In this document: one piece after another, positions 20,484 to 28,937 of the stretch | Numbering within the stretch: the first letter of the stretch is position 1 | How the letters are laid out: every line of letters begins with the position of its first letter | DNA from: Aquifex aeolicus VF5 | Lineage (GTDB): Bacteria; Aquificota; Aquificia; Aquificales; Aquificaceae | Assembly (NCBI RefSeq): GCF_000008625.1 | Contig: NC_000918.1 | Location: 1,200,001-1,232,000, forward strand | Length of the DNA: 32,000 nucleotides | Direction: 5' to 3' | Position numbers and translations under genes: made by a program | The notes under the pieces: generated by a model | Database searches by the model: none | Seen by the model: the letters and a program-made list of their open reading frames with translations, nothing else | Told to the model about the DNA's origin: nothing

Positions 20484-22146
20484 TATTCTTTTAATCCTTG
20501 TTGCAGTTGGAGTAGGCATTTTTGTAGGAAGACAATTTTTGGGACAAAAACAAGCCCCTGCACCTACATATCAGCCAGTGCCCTCTCCTCAAATACTGGA
20601 AGAAGCCAAAAGTAAGGCGGAAGAGATAATAAAAGAGGCTAAAGAAAAGGCAGAAGTAATACTAAAAGAAGCTAAGGAAAGCGCGGAGAAGATAGTAAGG
20701 GAGGCGGAAGAAAAGGCGGAGAAACTCATAAGGGAAGCTAAGGAAGAAGTTGAAAGGATAAAGGAGGAAGTAGAAAGGAGGAAGAAGGAATTAAAGGAGA
20801 GAGAGGAAAATGTACTCGCAAAAGAAAGACACCTGGACAGGAGATGGGAAGCCCTTGAGAAGAGGGAAGAGGAACTCCTCCACAGGGAAAGGGAACTTAA
20901 GGATTTTGAAAGAAGTCTGGAAAGGTGGAGAGACGAAATAAGACACAAGGAAGAAGAGCTAAAACACATGAAAGAGGAAGTGGAAGAACTAAAGAAAAAA
21001 GAACTTGAAGAACTCCAGAGGATAGCAAAGCTCACTTTAGAAGAGGCAAGGCAGGAGATAATAAAGAAGGTTGAAGAAGAGGCGAAGAAGGACGCCGTAA
21101 AACTCATGAAAGTCATAGAAGAAGACGCAAAGAGGAGGGCGGAGTTTGAAGCCAAGAAGATAATAGCGACCGCAACCCAGAGACTCGCTCCCCAGATAGC
21201 GGTAAACTACACCACGACCACCGTAGAACTCCCCAGCAACGAGTTCAAGGGAAGGATAATAGGTAGGGAAGGAAGGAACATAAGAACCTTTGAAATACTC
21301 ACAGGTGTTGACCTCATAATAGACGACACTCCGGACATCGTGACTATATCTTCCTTTGACCCCTTAAGGAGAGAAATAGCAAAAGAAGCCCTCCAGAGGC
21401 TCATAGCGGACGGGAGAATTCACCCAGCGAGGATTGAAGAAGTAGTTGATGAAGTAAAGAGGGAGTTTGACGAAAAGATAAGAAAAATTGGTGAAGAGAC
21501 CGTTTACGAGCTTGACCTTCACGACATAAACCCCGGACTCTACTACTACATAGGAAAGCTCTACTTCAGAACAAGCTATTCCCAGAACGTCCTCTTACAC
21601 TCCAAGGAAGTTGCCTATATAGCGGGACTAATGGCAGAAGAGCTCGGACTTGACGCAAAGCTCGCAAGGAGAGCGGGACTCCTTCACGACATAGGAAAGG
21701 CTATTTCTCACGAACTCGGAGGTTCTCACACGGACATAGGCGTAGAGCTTGCAAGGAAGTACGGAGAGCCCGACGCAGTAATAAACGCCATAAGGGCACA
21801 CCACGAGGAAGAACCCGTAAGATATCCCGAGGTTGCCCTCGTTTGTGCAGCGGATGCCCTTTCGGCTGCAAGACCGGGAGCCAGAAGGGAAACCCTTGAA
21901 GCTTACATAAGGAGACTTGAGAAACTCGAAGAAATAGTGAAGTCCTTCAAGGGAGTAGCGAACGCATATGCAGTACAGGCGGGAAGGGAAGTAAGAGTTA
22001 TAGTAAATCCCGAGGAGATTTCTGACGAAGAGGCTTACTTGCTCAGTAAAGAAATACCCAAGAAGATAGAAGAAGAACTGGACTTTCCCGGCCAGATAAA
22101 GGTGGTAGTGATAAGGGAGACGAGGCACGTGGAGTACGCCAAGTAA
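20470..22146 (+). CDS. rny: Ribonuclease Y
   Basis: N-terminal TM + long coiled coil, KH domain FKGRIIGREGRNIRTFEILTGVDLIIDDTP, HD domain LLHDIGKAISHELGGSH; 558 aa. Confidence 0.96.
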   Translation: MDVLSILLILVAVGVGIFVGRQFLGQKQAPAPTYQPVPSPQILEEAKSKAEEIIKEAKEKAEVILKEAKESAEKIVREAEEKAEKLIREAKEEVERIKEEVERRKKELKEREENVLAKERHLDRRWEALEKREEELLHRERELKDFERSLERWRDEIRHKEEELKHMKEEVEELKKKELEELQRIAKLTLEEARQEIIKKVEEEAKKDAVKLMKVIEEDAKRRAEFEAKKIIATATQRLAPQIAVNYTTTTVELPSNEFKGRIIGREGRNIRTFEILTGVDLIIDDTPDIVTISSFDPLRREIAKEALQRLIADGRIHPARIEEVVDEVKREFDEKIRKIGEETVYELDLHDINPGLYYYIGKLYFRTSYSQNVLLHSKEVAYIAGLMAEELGLDAKLARRAGLLHDIGKAISHELGGSHTDIGVELARKYGEPDAVINAIRAHHEEEPVRYPEVALVCAADALSAARPGARRETLEAYIRRLEKLEEIVKSFKGVANAYAVQAGREVRVIVNPEEISDEEAYLLSKEIPKKIEEELDFPGQIKVVVIRETRHVEYAK

Positions 22147-22226
22147 TTTCCTTCCCTGTCGTTTTATACTCTTATAAGTAAGTTTTATTGAAAGATAAAT
22201 TCCCGTGATAGAAATTAAGATCTCTG

Positions 22227-23321
22227 ATGTCACAGGCGGTCAAAGACTACTACGAGATACTCGGCGTAAACAGGGACGCTACGAAGGAAGAAATAAAAAA
22301 AGCATACAGAAAACTTGTTAGGATATACCACCCCGACATAAACCCTGACCCGAGCGCTCAGGAGAAATTTAAAGAGATTAACGAAGCTTACCACGTCCTT
22401 ATAGACGACGAGAGAAGGAGCGAGTACGACGCAATCCTGAGCAGGAATGACGTAGGTAAGTTCAGGGACTTTCTGGAGTACATTCAGGAGTTTGTGGAAA
22501 GCATAATTCAGGGAGAAAAGGGAAAGAAGAGAAGACCAAGAAAGGGACAGGACATAAAGATGAAGCTTCCCCTCACGCTTGAAGAGGCGGGACTCGGGTG
22601 CGAAAAGGAAATCATTTACAGCAGATGGATGGACTGTCCCGTGTGTGAAGGTATGGGAGTAAAGGGAGAGGCGGAAACGGTTGTTTGCCACGCATGCAAC
22701 GGAGAGGGTAGGAGGGTAAGTGGGATATTTAACTTCCCAAGACCCTGCTCAGTTTGCAAAGGTAAAGGCTTCATCGTTAAAAACCCATGTCCTACCTGCT
22801 ATGGAAGAGGTAGAGTTTCCGCACAGCACAAGATAAAAGTTCACATACCTCCCGGAACGGAAGAAGGAGAAGTCTTAAAGGTTCCAGAAAAGGGACATCT
22901 CGGTTACTTTGGTGGAAAGCCGGGAGACCTTTACCTTAAGGTAGTTCTAAAAGAACATCCGATTTTTAAGAAGGTAGGCAAGGATCTCCACATGGAAAAA
23001 GTAGTGAGCTTTCCGCTCGCGGTTCTGGGAGGAACCGTAAAAGTTCCTACATTGGAGGGCGAAGAAATAGACGTATTCATACAGCCGGGAACTGAGTGCG
23101 GTGCAACGAAAGTGGTAAAGGAAAAAGGGTATCCATACGAAAATGGAAGGGGAGACCTTATAATTCACATAAGGATAGGAGTTCCCAAAAACCTTTCAAA
23201 GTCTGAAAGGAAACTTTTAGAAAAGCTCGCAGAATCTATTAAGGAAGAGGGGGAAGAGGTTTACAGGGAAGGTGGAAGTCTTGTAGAAAAGTTAAGTTCC
23301 CTCTTTAAAAAGAACGCCTGA
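22227..23321 (+). CDS. dnaJ: Chaperone protein DnaJ
   Basis: DYYEILGVNRDATKEEIKKAYRKLVRIYHPDINP J domain with HPD; zinc-finger CXXCXGXG repeats. Confidence 0.95.
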   Translation: MSQAVKDYYEILGVNRDATKEEIKKAYRKLVRIYHPDINPDPSAQEKFKEINEAYHVLIDDERRSEYDAILSRNDVGKFRDFLEYIQEFVESIIQGEKGKKRRPRKGQDIKMKLPLTLEEAGLGCEKEIIYSRWMDCPVCEGMGVKGEAETVVCHACNGEGRRVSGIFNFPRPCSVCKGKGFIVKNPCPTCYGRGRVSAQHKIKVHIPPGTEEGEVLKVPEKGHLGYFGGKPGDLYLKVVLKEHPIFKKVGKDLHMEKVVSFPLAVLGGTVKVPTLEGEEIDVFIQPGTECGATKVVKEKGYPYENGRGDLIIHIRIGVPKNLSKSERKLLEKLAESIKEEGEEVYREGGSLVEKLSSLFKKNA

Positions 23322-24494
23322 AAACTCCCTCTTTATAACAGGGTAGTCGTCCTTTACACCTTTTGAGAGGAGTATCTGAAATACGTAGTTAGAACCTATC
23401 AGGAATGAAACAGCGGAAGCGGTAAGGTAAAGCTCCCACATTCTTATAAACCTGTCGTCAAACATATTCCTAATTTTGTCTAAGTTCTCGTAAAAGCGTT
23501 CCTTCCACTTTTTAAGCGTCCAGTAGTAATGCATACGCCAGTTATCAAAGTCAATTAACGTAAAGTCCATATCTCTAAAACTTTCCACAATTTCGGAAAT
23601 GGACGGGAGATATCCGCCGGGGAATATGTACTTCCTTATCCACCTGCTCTGGGTGTCCGGATGGAGCTTGCCTATAGTGTGAAGTAGGAAAAGTCCTCCT
23701 TCCTCCATTACCTTGTAAACGGTATTGAAAAAGGTTTCGTAATTTTCCTTGCCAACGTGTTCAAACATGCCTACGGAAACCACCTTGTTGAATTTCCTTC
23801 CGAGTTTGGGAAGATCTACATAGTGCAATTTGTAAACCTCGACTTTGTCCTGAAGTCCCCTTTTCTTTATTTCCTCCTTGACGTACTCGTACTGGTTGTC
23901 CGAAAGGGTAATCCCAACACTCTTTACGTTGTACAGCTCCGCACTCTCGAGGATTATTGAACCCCAACCACAACCTATGTCCAAGAGCGTGTCTCCTTCT
24001 TTTAATTGAAGCTTTTCGTAAATTATCCTCCTCTTTAAGCTTTGGGCTTCATCTATACTCATGCTAGGATCTTCAAAAAAAGCACAAGAATAAGTCATGC
24101 TCTTGTCAAGCCAGAGCCTGTAAAAGTCATTTCCAAGGTCGTAGTGGTGCTTTACATTCCTTTCATCTCTAATAGTCCTGAAAAGGGGAACGTGTCTGAG
24201 GATACCAAACAGCTTTTCAAACTTCCTTGTATCTTTAAAGAGAGTCATACCCCTCTTTATTACTTCCTCAAGATCACCCTCCACCTCTATATCCCCGTTC
24301 ATATAACCTTCTCCGAAGCCCATTTCAGGATCCTTCAAAACGTAATCCAAGCTCTTCCACGTTTTAAACCTTATGAGGTGCGACACGGGAAATTCGGGAA
24401 TCCTTTTTCCACTCGGAAGTTCCACGCCTATTTTTTCTTTCTGGTTTTCGTTTAACTTGTTTACAATTCTTTCAACGATCGCTTCTTTAATCAT
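23292..24494 (-). CDS. cfa: Cyclopropane-fatty-acyl-phospholipid synthase family methyltransferase
   Basis: NVKHHYDLGNDFYRLWLDKSMTYSCAFF, LLDIGCGWGSI, GYMNGDIEVEGDL; SD GGAGGT upstream. Confidence 0.92.
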   Translation of the reverse strand: MIKEAIVERIVNKLNENQKEKIGVELPSGKRIPEFPVSHLIRFKTWKSLDYVLKDPEMGFGEGYMNGDIEVEGDLEEVIKRGMTLFKDTRKFEKLFGILRHVPLFRTIRDERNVKHHYDLGNDFYRLWLDKSMTYSCAFFEDPSMSIDEAQSLKRRIIYEKLQLKEGDTLLDIGCGWGSIILESAELYNVKSVGITLSDNQYEYVKEEIKKRGLQDKVEVYKLHYVDLPKLGRKFNKVVSVGMFEHVGKENYETFFNTVYKVMEEGGLFLLHTIGKLHPDTQSRWIRKYIFPGGYLPSISEIVESFRDMDFTLIDFDNWRMHYYWTLKKWKERFYENLDKIRNMFDDRFIRMWELYLTASAVSFLIGSNYVFQILLSKGVKDDYPVIKREFSGVLFKEGT

Positions 24495-24538
24495 AAGAGC
24501 ACCTCCCTCCCTTTAAAAATTTAGGCGGATAAATCTCA

Positions 24539-24567
24539 TTGACATTTATGCAGTCTTTGAATATTCT
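24539..24567 (+). promoter_or_regulatory. sigma70-type promoter for ispH
   Basis: TTGACA (24539-24544), 17-bp spacer, TATTCT (24562-24567); -10 ends 6 nt before ATG at 24574. Confidence 0.6.
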
Positions 24568-24573
24568 TTAGGC

Positions 24574-25443
24574 ATGGTTGACATAATAATCGCAGAACAC
24601 GCAGGTTTTTGCTTCGGTGTAAAGAGGGCTGTAAAACTCGCAGAAGAAAGCCTAAAAGAATCCCAAGGAAAGGTTTATACACTCGGTCCTATAATACACA
24701 ATCCCCAAGAGGTGAATAGACTAAAGAATCTCGGCGTTTTTCCAAGTCAAGGGGAGGAGTTTAAAGAAGGGGATACGGTCATAATACGTTCCCACGGTAT
24801 CCCTCCGGAAAAGGAAGAAGCTTTAAGGAAGAAGGGTCTTAAAGTAATAGACGCTACCTGCCCATACGTTAAAGCAGTGCACGAGGCGGTCTGTCAATTG
24901 ACCAGGGAGGGTTATTTTGTGGTCCTCGTAGGAGAAAAGAATCACCCCGAGGTTATAGGGACACTCGGGTATTTGAGGGCTTGCAACGGAAAGGGAATAG
25001 TCGTTGAAACTTTAGAGGACATAGGGGAAGCTTTAAAACACGAAAGAGTTGGAATAGTCGCTCAAACAACCCAGAACGAGGAGTTCTTTAAGGAAGTAGT
25101 CGGCGAGATAGCCCTGTGGGTTAAGGAAGTAAAGGTAATAAACACCATATGCAACGCTACGTCCTTAAGGCAGGAGAGTGTAAAAAAGCTCGCTCCAGAG
25201 GTTGACGTGATGATAATAATCGGTGGAAAGAACAGCGGAAACACGAGGAGACTTTATTATATTTCTAAAGAATTAAATCCGAACACCTACCATATAGAAA
25301 CCGCTGAAGAACTCCAACCCGAGTGGTTCAGGGGAGTAAAAAGGGTGGGGATTTCCGCGGGAGCTTCAACGCCGGACTGGATTATAGAGCAAGTAAAGAG
25401 TAGAATACAAGAGATATGCGAAGGGCAATTGGTTTCCTCCTGA
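24574..25443 (+). CDS. ispH: 4-hydroxy-3-methylbut-2-enyl diphosphate reductase (LytB/IspH)
   Basis: IIIAEHAGFCFGVKRAVKLAEE, GPIIHNPQEVNRL, DATCPYVKAVH, CNATSLRQ, SAGASTPDWIIEQV. Confidence 0.97.
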   Translation: MVDIIIAEHAGFCFGVKRAVKLAEESLKESQGKVYTLGPIIHNPQEVNRLKNLGVFPSQGEEFKEGDTVIIRSHGIPPEKEEALRKKGLKVIDATCPYVKAVHEAVCQLTREGYFVVLVGEKNHPEVIGTLGYLRACNGKGIVVETLEDIGEALKHERVGIVAQTTQNEEFFKEVVGEIALWVKEVKVINTICNATSLRQESVKKLAPEVDVMIIIGGKNSGNTRRLYYISKELNPNTYHIETAEELQPEWFRGVKRVGISAGASTPDWIIEQVKSRIQEICEGQLVSS

Positions 25444-25934
25444 TAGTAATAACTTTCACTTTTGCTTCCCTTTACGAAGAATTTGTAAAGGAACAGGTAA
25501 AAGAACTTCCTTTGGACAAGGCTGTGGTAGTCGGAACAGGTAAAAAAGAATTAATAATCTTCGTAAACCCGGATTGCCCTCACTGCAGGCACGAATGGAA
25601 GAGTTTAAGGGAACATCTGGACAAGCTCAAGATTTACGTCTTCGTGGTTCCTTTCAAAGCGTGGGGTGAGGACAACTTAAAAAAAGCCTACTATATAGTC
25701 TGTTCACAAAACCCCGAAAAAGCTTTAGACGAAGTACTTACCGGAAAAGTGGACGGTAAAAATTTAAATCCTCCTACATGTGAATTACTGAATTATCACC
25801 TGAAAGCCGCAGATATCGTAGGACTAAGGGGTGTTCCGCTGAACATAATTCCCGACAAAGGAAAAGTTATAGAAGGTGCAAGCCCTAAACTTCTGGAAGA
25901 GCTCGGGATAACTTCAGCGGGAAGCAGAGACTAA
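25416..25934 (+). CDS. Thiol:disulfide interchange protein, DsbC/thioredoxin-fold, secreted
   Basis: N-terminal signal peptide, IIFVNPDCPHCRHEW with CPHC active site, and cis-Pro-like RGVPLNI region. Confidence 0.8.
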   Translation: MRRAIGFLLIVITFTFASLYEEFVKEQVKELPLDKAVVVGTGKKELIIFVNPDCPHCRHEWKSLREHLDKLKIYVFVVPFKAWGEDNLKKAYYIVCSQNPEKALDEVLTGKVDGKNLNPPTCELLNYHLKAADIVGLRGVPLNIIPDKGKVIEGASPKLLEELGITSAGSRD

Positions 25935-26345
25935 AGCAACTCCCAGAACTATAAGGAGAGCTCCTATAATTTTTTGAAAGCTTAAGCCTTCTCCTAAAAT
26001 TAAGTAAGCAAGCAGTGTAGAGAAAAGGGGAGAGCTTGCCGCAACAGGAGCAACTATTGACACGTCGCCTACTTTTACAGCTTTATAGTACACCCAGAGA
26101 CCTAAGAAACCCCCGAGTATACCGCCGAGAGCTACACTCAAAATCTCCTTAAGGGGATAGGCAAAAGGGTTTTCTCTCAAAAGGAGTAAACCGATAAATG
26201 CCAAACTCGTGGCAGTCAAGTTATGAACAAATATCCCGGCTAAAGTGGGCATTTCCCCCTTCATCCCAAGCTTGAAGAATATTGGAGCAGTCCCCCATAT
26301 AAACGCAGCAAGCAAAGCCCAAAAAACAGCCTTTAAGTTTTCCAT
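25914..26345 (-). CDS. EamA/DMT-family small membrane transporter domain protein (143 aa)
   Basis: FWALLAAFIWGTAPIFFKLGM..., repeated hydrophobic segments, C-terminal YLILGEGLSFQKIIGALLIVLGVALVS typical of EamA domains. Confidence 0.8.
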   Translation of the reverse strand: MENLKAVFWALLAAFIWGTAPIFFKLGMKGEMPTLAGIFVHNLTATSLAFIGLLLLRENPFAYPLKEILSVALGGILGGFLGLWVYYKAVKVGDVSIVAPVAASSPLFSTLLAYLILGEGLSFQKIIGALLIVLGVALVSASR

Positions 26346-26626
26346 TTAATGTATAATACTACCTGAAAGGGCTTCTAGCCCCACCTGGCTCCTTGGCAAT
26401 TGAATAGGGTAGGTGGGTCCTAATAAGTGATGCTTTGATGATGTGATGAAATGAAATCATGATGCAATAGGGTTAAAGGGATTGAAAATCAAGGATGGAA
26501 ATTTTATAAAGGTATACTCAAGTTTGCAGAACTTCAGGTTAGCGGAAATTAACATTCATTTCGTGAAGGTATTGTGTCTAATAAGTTGTTGATAAAGCGT
26601 TATTTTTTTAGACACAGACACGCAGG

Positions 26627-26860
26627 GTTTCTAATGTACCGTAGAGGAGTTGAAACCAGAACAATAAGAGAGCCGATTGATGAGAACGCAGACGTTTCTA
26701 ATGTACCGTAGAGGAGTTGAAACAGATATGATACACCTGAAACATTCTTTTACATGGACCGTTTCTAATGTACCGTAGAGGAGTTGAAACCCGGCGGATA
26801 TAAAAATCGCCTACCTATACGCCGTAATGGCGTTTCTAATGTACCGTGTGGAGTTAAAAC
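26627..26860 (+). CRISPR. CRISPR mini-array: four repeats, three spacers, likely transcribed left to right
   Basis: GTTTCTAATGTACCGTAGAGGAGTTGAAAC at 26627-26656, 26694-26723 and 26761-26790 (three identical 30-mers), plus degenerate 29-mer GTTTCTAATGTACCGTGTGGAGTTAAAAC at 26832-26860; unique spacers of 37, 37 and 41 nt. Confidence 0.93.
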
Positions 26861-26886
26861 AGTAAAAAATAAAAAAGATTTTGGTT

Positions 26887-27642
26887 TTACCGTAATTTAT
26901 TTTTTGTAATTTGAAGCTCCTTCAAATAAGCATACTTTGTGAAATTGAAAAAAGCGTAGGATGCCGAAATAAGGAAGCCCCTCCATCCGTCCAGAAATCC
27001 ACGCTTCATTATGAAAAACTTAAAAAAAGTCCACACAGGTCTTGTGAAAAGTTCGTAATTTTTTACTATCCTTCCATTTTTGTATAAAATTTCTGCGGAA
27101 ATCTTTGAATACTTTAAGTTCTTAGAAAAGAACTCGTCTAAATTTTTGAATGAGTAGTGGTATAAATCTCCCTTTAACTTCCCTATACTTCCAGAACACT
27201 TTACAACTTCGTGCAATTCTCCTTCGTACTTGACTTTATCCTTTTTAAATACTCTTATTCTCCACTCGGGATAAAGGGTGTGATTTAAAAATTTACCCAT
27301 AAAGTAAGTTCTTCTGTTTACCACGTAGCAGTCGTGTTTAGGGAATTTTAAAGTTTCCTTTATACTCCTTTTGAGTTCCTCAGAGACTTCTTCATCTGCA
27401 TCAAGGACGAAAACCCATTTATTGTTTGTCTTCGAAATCGCAAAACTGACTTGATCGGGATAATTCGTAAAGTCTCTAAATATCACTCTTGCTCCAAGCT
27501 CTTTGGCAATTTCCACGGTTCTGTCCGTTGAGCCGGAATCAATTACCAGTATCTCATCCGCAATTTCTTTTACACTCTTTATAGCTCTTGCTATGTTTCT
27601 CTCTTCATTTTTAGTTAGTATTACCACAGATAGCCTGTCCAT
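26887..27642 (-). CDS. Family 2 glycosyltransferase, LPS core type (WaaE/KdtX-like)
   Basis: LSVVILTKNEERNIARAIKSVKEIADEILVIDSGSTDRTVEIAKELGA, VFVLDADEEVSEEL, WRIRVFKKDKVKYEGELHE. Confidence 0.88.
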   Translation of the reverse strand: MDRLSVVILTKNEERNIARAIKSVKEIADEILVIDSGSTDRTVEIAKELGARVIFRDFTNYPDQVSFAISKTNNKWVFVLDADEEVSEELKRSIKETLKFPKHDCYVVNRRTYFMGKFLNHTLYPEWRIRVFKKDKVKYEGELHEVVKCSGSIGKLKGDLYHYSFKNLDEFFSKNLKYSKISAEILYKNGRIVKNYELFTRPVWTFFKFFIMKRGFLDGWRGFLISASYAFFNFTKYAYLKELQITKNKLR

Positions 27643-27659
27643 TGGTAATATAAAGTACT

Positions 27660-28937
27660 ATGAAAAAGAAGCTTATCGGGATTCTATTGGTTTTAGTAGT
27701 TATAGTAGCCTTAGGGTTTTACTTCCTCGTCTTGACCAAACCCAGAGTTTTGAACGTTGAAGAATTCTCATCAATCCCGAGGAAGAAAATTGTAAGACTC
27801 AAGATAGAACACGCTGATAAAGCTCAATTACTACGAGTTTTAATTCTCCAGAACGGGAAAGAGTATGTGGTATACGAAGGGAAACCTATGCCTGAAGTTC
27901 TACTGGAGATACATCCCAAAAAGCTTGGTTTAAAGGAAGGAGAGGCAGAGGTAGTTATAGAACTCTCAAGATTTTACTTTTTGAAAGAAAAGTATTCAAT
28001 ACGTTCCCATATAGATTACACACCTCCTCTCGTGAACGTAGTATTTTCCCCTTACGCGGTTATGAACGGAGGAAGCGGAGCTGTTAGAGTAAGTGTAAGT
28101 GAAGAATCGGATTTAAAACTGAGCGTTAAGGACTTAATATTTCCTTTTTACAAGATAGCTGGAAACACTTACTTTTCTTTATTCGGAGTTCCCATAGATT
28201 TTTCTCCTTCAGATTCAATTAAGATTATCGCTAAAGACAAGGTAGGCAACGAAAGTGTGGTTCTTGTTCCCGTGAGAATAAGACAAAAGCACTATCCCGT
28301 TTATAAGATTGAACTAAAAGGAAGGGAAAAGGTTTTAATACCTAAACTTTCAAGTTTACTAGGTGAGGAGATAAATAAAAGTAACTTCATCCAAGCTTTT
28401 AAGAAGGTCAATGAAGATTTAAGAAGGGAAAATGAAGAAAAAATTTCGGAAATTGGAAAGAAATCTGAAGAAAGAATTTACTGGAGCGGCAAGTTTTTGC
28501 AGTTAAAAAACAGCAAGGTAGTTTCCCTTTATGGAGAAAAAAGGATATATACCTACGGGGGAAAGCAAATAAGCACGAGCTACCACTGGGGTTACGACTT
28601 AGCATCGGTTAAAAATTCACCTGTGGAAGCTTCAAATTCAGGAAGGGTTGTATTCACAGGATTTTTGGGGATTTACGGCAATACTGTAATAATAGACCAC
28701 GGGTACGGTCTCATGAGTATATACTCTCACCTTGCGGAATTTAGAGTAAAGGAAGGTGATATAGTGAAAAAGGGACAGATTATAGGCGTAACGGATACCA
28801 CAGGACTAGCTTTCGGGGATCACCTTCACTTCGGTATTATGATTAACGGACTTCCCGTAAATCCGATAGAGTGGTGGGATAAGAAGTGGATAAAGAACAA
28901 CATACTGCCGGCGATTCAATCAAGTACCAGCAGGTGA
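27660..28937 (+). CDS. M23-family metallopeptidase (LytM/NlpD-like), membrane-anchored
   Basis: N-terminal TM; HWGYDLASVKNSPVEASNSGRVVFTG, NTVIIDHGYGLMSIYSHL, GDHLHFGIMINGLPVNP. Confidence 0.92.
   Translation: MKKKLIGILLVLVVIVALGFYFLVLTKPRVLNVEEFSSIPRKKIVRLKIEHADKAQLLRVLILQNGKEYVVYEGKPMPEVLLEIHPKKLGLKEGEAEVVIELSRFYFLKEKYSIRSHIDYTPPLVNVVFSPYAVMNGGSGAVRVSVSEESDLKLSVKDLIFPFYKIAGNTYFSLFGVPIDFSPSDSIKIIAKDKVGNESVVLVPVRIRQKHYPVYKIELKGREKVLIPKLSSLLGEEINKSNFIQAFKKVNEDLRRENEEKISEIGKKSEERIYWSGKFLQLKNSKVVSLYGEKRIYTYGGKQISTSYHWGYDLASVKNSPVEASNSGRVVFTGFLGIYGNTVIIDHGYGLMSIYSHLAEFRVKEGDIVKKGQIIGVTDTTGLAFGDHLHFGIMINGLPVNPIEWWDKKWIKNNILPAIQSSTSR

Noticed and set aside
20589-21155. 188-aa Ser/Leu-rich minus-strand ORF
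   Set aside because: Exact antisense of the Lys/Glu-rich coiled coil of RNase Y; low-complexity mirror artefact.
21628-22233. 201-aa minus-strand ORF
   Set aside because: Antisense of the RNase Y HD domain and the rny-dnaJ gap; no recognisable protein features.
22230-22691. 153-aa minus-strand ORF
   Set aside because: Antisense of the dnaJ J domain, with no family motif or promoter/SD.
24042-24455. 137-aa plus-strand ORF
   Set aside because: Antisense of cfa, which has clear family motifs on the other strand.
26346-27642. Possibility of a novel defence island around the CRISPR array
   Set aside because: Neighbours are a DMT-family transporter and a glycosyltransferase, with no nuclease, helicase, toxin, reverse transcriptase or integrase.
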